Positions 60,204 to 64,000 of a stretch of 64,000 nucleotides of DNA are shown here, piece after piece (within the stretch, counting starts at the first letter, position 1; every line of letters begins with the position of its first letter). A program made the translations under genes and the position numbers. Under the pieces are notes generated by a model that was given only the letters and a program-made list of their open reading frames with translations, had not been told where the DNA came from and searched no databases. The stretch is from Phormidesmis sp. (GTDB lineage Bacteria > Cyanobacteriota > Cyanobacteriia > Leptolyngbyales > Leptolyngbyaceae), in contig CBDFJR010000002.1 in NCBI GenBank assembly GCA_965248535.1, positions 928,001 through 992,000 on the forward strand, read 5' to 3'.

Positions 60204-60653
60204 TCAGCCTGAATGGGGAGCAAACGGCTGAACCGGAACCGTTGTTTGCGATCGGGTTAGCTGCACCGACGGCGGCGCAAACATAAAAATATCTTTCCAG
60301 ATGCGGCTTTGATGACCGTCGATCGCATAGACAGCCCCCGCTAAGAAATCGACGGCTCGCTGGGCTTCTCTCGGCGATCGCATCTTAGCGCATTTGAGAA
60401 TTAAAACTTTTTGGGCCAGCAGCGCGTCTACAGCTTGAGGAATTTCCTCAAACGATCGGGGTTCTAGCACCACGCATTCTTGAGAACCCGTCATGATCGG
60501 AAGAGGCACCTGCGGGTCAAGCGATCGAGGTAGCTCGGCAGGTTGCCCAGCTTGATGAACGGGAGTCTCCGCAAAATCAAGAGCCTCCTCAGTCTCAAAA
60601 CTCTCATGTCCCCAGAAGCTAAACACCTCAGAAAACCGTCTGAGAAGACGCAT
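60204..60653 (-). CDS. SepF-domain cell division protein (probably a paralog)
   Basis: VVLEPRSFEEIPQAVDAL, AQRAVDFLAGAVYAIDGHQ, FMFAP. Confidence 0.8.
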   Translation of the reverse strand: MRLLRRFSEVFSFWGHESFETEEALDFAETPVHQAGQPAELPRSLDPQVPLPIMTGSQECVVLEPRSFEEIPQAVDALLAQKVLILKCAKMRSPREAQRAVDFLAGAVYAIDGHQSRIWKDIFMFAPPSVQLTRSQTTVPVQPFAPHSG

Positions 60654-61044
60654 AATTCACCACTGGTCGCAGGTTTTAGTACTTTTGTTCTTAGTATAGT
60701 CTGCTGAGAGCAGTTCTACCAGACCGTCAAACGCTGAAGGACAGACCGTGAAAGACTTCTATAGATGAACAGTTATAGATGGACAGTAGGCACTGACAAA
60801 ATTGTCACATTTTTTTGAGAGGATTTCTGCTCAATCTGAGAAAATCCGGCAATCTCAATCTGCCCCTTAACCCTTGGCGGCGATCGCGGCCCGTTTTGAG
60901 CAGACCCGAACCGTGGTCAACCCTTGCAAATTGCCTTGAAAACATCGAAAGCCTGAAATTTCTTTGTCACACGAATTAATCATAATAGTCAATGTGAGGG
61001 TTGCGGGATTAACGCTCCATCATTCTTTCTTTGGTAATTTTGAC

Positions 61045-62160
61045 ATGGCTTCTAATCCTCTTCTCAAAAAGTCGATCGCGTCTCTAGCTCTCGTCTCAGT
61101 GGGCGCGGTGTCTGCACTAATCGGAACCCAGCTAAACCCAACCAACGCGGTGCAGACTCAGCCCTTGGTTGCTCAGATGCCAGGCCCAGCAGGCAACGCG
61201 GCTAACGAAAACTTTATTTCGGCGGCGGTCGATAAAACAGGTGCTGCTGTCGTGAGAATTGATTCTTCGCGGACTCGATCGTCGGGGTCAGGGCAAAAGG
61301 TGGCCCGGGGCACTGGGTCGGGCTTTGTCGTCAAAGCTGATGGGTTAGTGATGACCAATGCTCATGTGGTGGATGGAGCCGATCAGGTCATCGTCAAGCT
61401 TAAAGATGGGCGAGAATTCACCGGGCAGGTGGTCGGAGAAGATCAACTGACTGATGTGGCGGTGGTGAAAATTCAGGCCAGCAATCTGCCGATCGTAGCG
61501 ATCGGCAACTCTGACCAACTGCGACCGGGTGAGTGGGCGATCGCGATTGGCAATCCGCTAGGGTTAGACAACACTGTCACAGCCGGAATTATTAGCGGCA
61601 CCGGCCGATCGAGCAGCGAAATTGGATCGCCCGATCGTCGCACTAACTATATTCAAACCGATGCGGCCATTAATCCTGGCAATTCGGGTGGGCCGCTCTT
61701 AAATCAAAGTGGGCAGGTGATTGGCATCAACACGGCAATTATCGGCGGTGCTCAAGGGTTAGGGTTTGCGATTCCGATCAATAAGGCGCAGCAGATCGCT
61801 AACCAACTGATTGCCAAAGGCTCGGTTGATCATCCCTATTTGGGCGTTGAGATGACCGATCTTTCTGCTGCCACGCGAGACCTGATCAATCAAAATCAAG
61901 ACTTGGGCATCAAGGTGCAAACCGATCGGGGGGCGCTGATTACTAACATCGTTCGCAACTCTCCGGCGGCTCAGGCAGGGCTGCAAAAAGGCGATGTGAT
62001 TCAGGCGATTAATGGTCGAGCGATCGCTTCAGCCAATGAGGTGCAGCAAGCCGTAGAGAACAGCACGATCGGCCGTAGCCTCTCTCTTGAAGTCAATCGC
62101 AGTGGTCGCACGGTGACGCTTTCGATCCGTCCGGGAGAGTTTCCGGTAAATGCGGGTTAA
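61045..62160 (+). CDS. HtrA/DegP-family serine protease with one PDZ (HhoA/HhoB type)
   Basis: GTGSGF, TNAHVV, TDVAVVK, QTDAAINPGNSGGPL, C-terminal PDZ; start ATG 61045. Confidence 0.93.
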   Translation: MASNPLLKKSIASLALVSVGAVSALIGTQLNPTNAVQTQPLVAQMPGPAGNAANENFISAAVDKTGAAVVRIDSSRTRSSGSGQKVARGTGSGFVVKADGLVMTNAHVVDGADQVIVKLKDGREFTGQVVGEDQLTDVAVVKIQASNLPIVAIGNSDQLRPGEWAIAIGNPLGLDNTVTAGIISGTGRSSSEIGSPDRRTNYIQTDAAINPGNSGGPLLNQSGQVIGINTAIIGGAQGLGFAIPINKAQQIANQLIAKGSVDHPYLGVEMTDLSAATRDLINQNQDLGIKVQTDRGALITNIVRNSPAAQAGLQKGDVIQAINGRAIASANEVQQAVENSTIGRSLSLEVNRSGRTVTLSIRPGEFPVNAG

Positions 62161-62746
62161 CCGATGATGGGCCCGGTGCCTGCTCTTAGGGAGATTCTGA
62201 TTTTGTAATCCTTCGCGATCGCGCCCATCAATTCCTCTGCTCGTCAAACTTTGCGGCAGAGGATTTTTTTGGGCCAATCCTTCTGGTTTGCCGATCCCAA
62301 GGGCGATCGCCCGTCTAGAACTCTTGAGCTTAAACCCTAGAACTGAAGTTCCCAATTCTAGAGAATTTCCGTTGAAAATAACCCTAAAAAACCTCTGTAA
62401 GCTTGACCTAATCTTTACGAGTAGGCTTTTATACTTATGTCTTTTGGCACCTGATAACCTCCGTGTGACAAAACACTCACTGACCGAGTTAGAACACTCT
62501 AAACTTCAGTGCTGATCTTGAGGAATGAACTTAATCCGGACGATTGTTGTAATGTTTTCATGAAGATTATAAGTTAGCTCTGTATTTATCTCTACGCACA
62601 GGCAACAATCCCAACAACAACTCTTTTGTAATCTGCAATAAGAGTGAGATCGGCTGAGTTGTCCCTCTCAGTCGTTAACGAGTTCAAGTTCCTGTTGATT
62701 AAGTTCTCTAGTTCGATTCAATACTCAGATCTATTGGTGACCACCC

Positions 62747-64000
62747 GTGAAGCTTTCTAGCAAGACATCTGACAAACTATACAGCCCCCTAAAGACTGCG
62801 GCAGATTCTAAACCTCATCAGTTCCCGTCACGATCGCTCGTTTCAAATCTATTTTTGATCCTCCTCAGCGCCGGATTAGTGATTTGGTCTCTGAGATTTC
62901 TCAAGACTCGGCTCACCTCAGTGGTCAGCGTTGATGCCGTGGTCAACGCCCCCGTCATGGATATCAAAGCACCCGGCGAAGGCGTGATCACCGCCGTTGA
63001 CATCAGCACAGGTGAAAAAATCGCTCAAGGACAGCCGCTGTTGACTCTAAAACCTACGCGAGTTAACGCGCCGTCGTCACAAGCGTCAGTTAACCAGATC
63101 GGGCAGCAGCGATCGCAGCTAAAACAAGCCCAAGAACGATTGGCTTCTCAGTTAGCTCTATTAGACACACTGGTCGAAGATGAGCACAACCAAGGGCGAC
63201 TCGAAGTTTCCCAGGCGCAGCAGTCGGTTGATCAATTTGCCTCTGAGCTAAAAGGTGCCGACGCTCAATATCGGTTAGCAAAGCTCAACTATCAGCGCAC
63301 CCAGAAACTTAAATCAGAAGGCGCGATCGCTCAAGCCAGTCTAGATGCGGCTGAAATCGATCTCGAAAAGCGCCGCAGTGAGGTCAATAGTTTAGAAGCC
63401 CGCCTCAGTGGGATGCAGGTGAACAAAGAAGCCGTCGAGCGCGGACTGTCTTTGTCTAAAACTCGCAGCAACTATGACCCCCGCATTCGTCGCCAAGAAC
63501 TCGAACTGCAAATTAGCGATCAGCGCCAGATCATTCAGACCTTAGAGCGATCGGTTAAAGAGAGTGAGTCATCGCTGGCTCAAACCCAAAAAGACGCGAG
63601 TGGCCCGCAGCAGACGGTGATCAGCGCCCCGACTTCGGGCGTGCTCTGGCAACTGTCTGTCTCACCAGGGCGAGTGGTGCAACCGGGCGAGTTTATGGGC
63701 AAAATCGTAGACTGCGATCGCCGCTGGGTTGATGCCGTGGTTGAAGAGTCGGCCATGCGAACCCTCAAAATTGGTGACTCTGCCACTGTTGAACTCTATG
63801 CCAATCAAGATGCGGTCAGCTTTCAGGGCAAAATCAGCCTGATCCGATCGGGCTTAGGGCGGGTGTCATCGCCGGGTGAAGACATCACCGGAGCCGTCGA
63901 TCTCAATTTGCCGCGTCACACCCAAGTGCGAATTGCTTTGGATACGATCGACAAAGAAAAATCTGCCACAGATGCCGCTCAGAAAAATTTCTGCTATGTC
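62747..64000 (+). CDS. HlyD-family secretion/adaptor protein (3' end outside window)
   Basis: Manual translation from GTG 62747 is open to the window end: TM LFLILLSAGLVIW, SVDAVVNAP..IKAPGEG, coiled coil, ISAPTSGVLWQL..IVDCDRRWVDA, ..QKNFCYV. Confidence 0.82.
   Translation, partial: MKLSSKTSDKLYSPLKTAADSKPHQFPSRSLVSNLFLILLSAGLVIWSLRFLKTRLTSVVSVDAVVNAPVMDIKAPGEGVITAVDISTGEKIAQGQPLLTLKPTRVNAPSSQASVNQIGQQRSQLKQAQERLASQLALLDTLVEDEHNQGRLEVSQAQQSVDQFASELKGADAQYRLAKLNYQRTQKLKSEGAIAQASLDAAEIDLEKRRSEVNSLEARLSGMQVNKEAVERGLSLSKTRSNYDPRIRRQELELQISDQRQIIQTLERSVKESESSLAQTQKDASGPQQTVISAPTSGVLWQLSVSPGRVVQPGEFMGKIVDCDRRWVDAVVEESAMRTLKIGDSATVELYANQDAVSFQGKISLIRSGLGRVSSPGEDITGAVDLNLPRHTQVRIALDTIDKEKSATDAAQKNFCYV

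Noticed and set aside
62582..62595. NtcA-type GTA-N8-TAC site upstream of the HlyD gene
   Set aside because: A six-base motif is expected many times by chance in 64 kb, and there is no -10 at the canonical spacing of about 22 nt
62747..64000. Apparent gene-free end of the window
   Set aside because: The frame from GTG 62747 is open to the end; the track omits it only because the stop lies outside

Overview
Cyanobacterial chromosomal DNA: the HIP1 octamer GCGATCGC is very dense, and petF, psaK, furC, ycf55-like and Uma2 genes are present, which fits a filamentous Leptolyngbya/Phormidesmis-like organism (inference). Most of the window is housekeeping or transport: potA/potD, PBP2, two RND efflux loci, sucrose synthase with a GH65-beta-PGM fusion, pip, GH57, folP, HtrA and tRNA-Gly(CCC). 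Four accessory signals stand out. (1) An AT-rich, HIP1-free, translationally coupled three-gene island at 27221-28888 (TIGR04255-like protein, small S/T-rich protein, PemK/MazF-like protein), a candidate tripartite toxin-antitoxin or defence module. (2) Two protein-free IS200/IS605-derived loci (about 5300-5757 and about 54400-54827) that keep a covarying TnpB omegaRNA core and right end plus extra 5' hairpin domains; one has an extended -10 promoter, the other a boxA motif. (3) A redox/electrophile detoxification cluster (OYE, GST, MFP, nitroreductase, RND) behind a palindromic operator. (4) A secreted GDPH-VWD protein with a foreign-looking core. Three genes carry single-base frameshifts that may be assembly errors. 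No CRISPR array, rRNA, integrase or intact transposase was seen. All family assignments come from motif recognition by eye, not from database searches.
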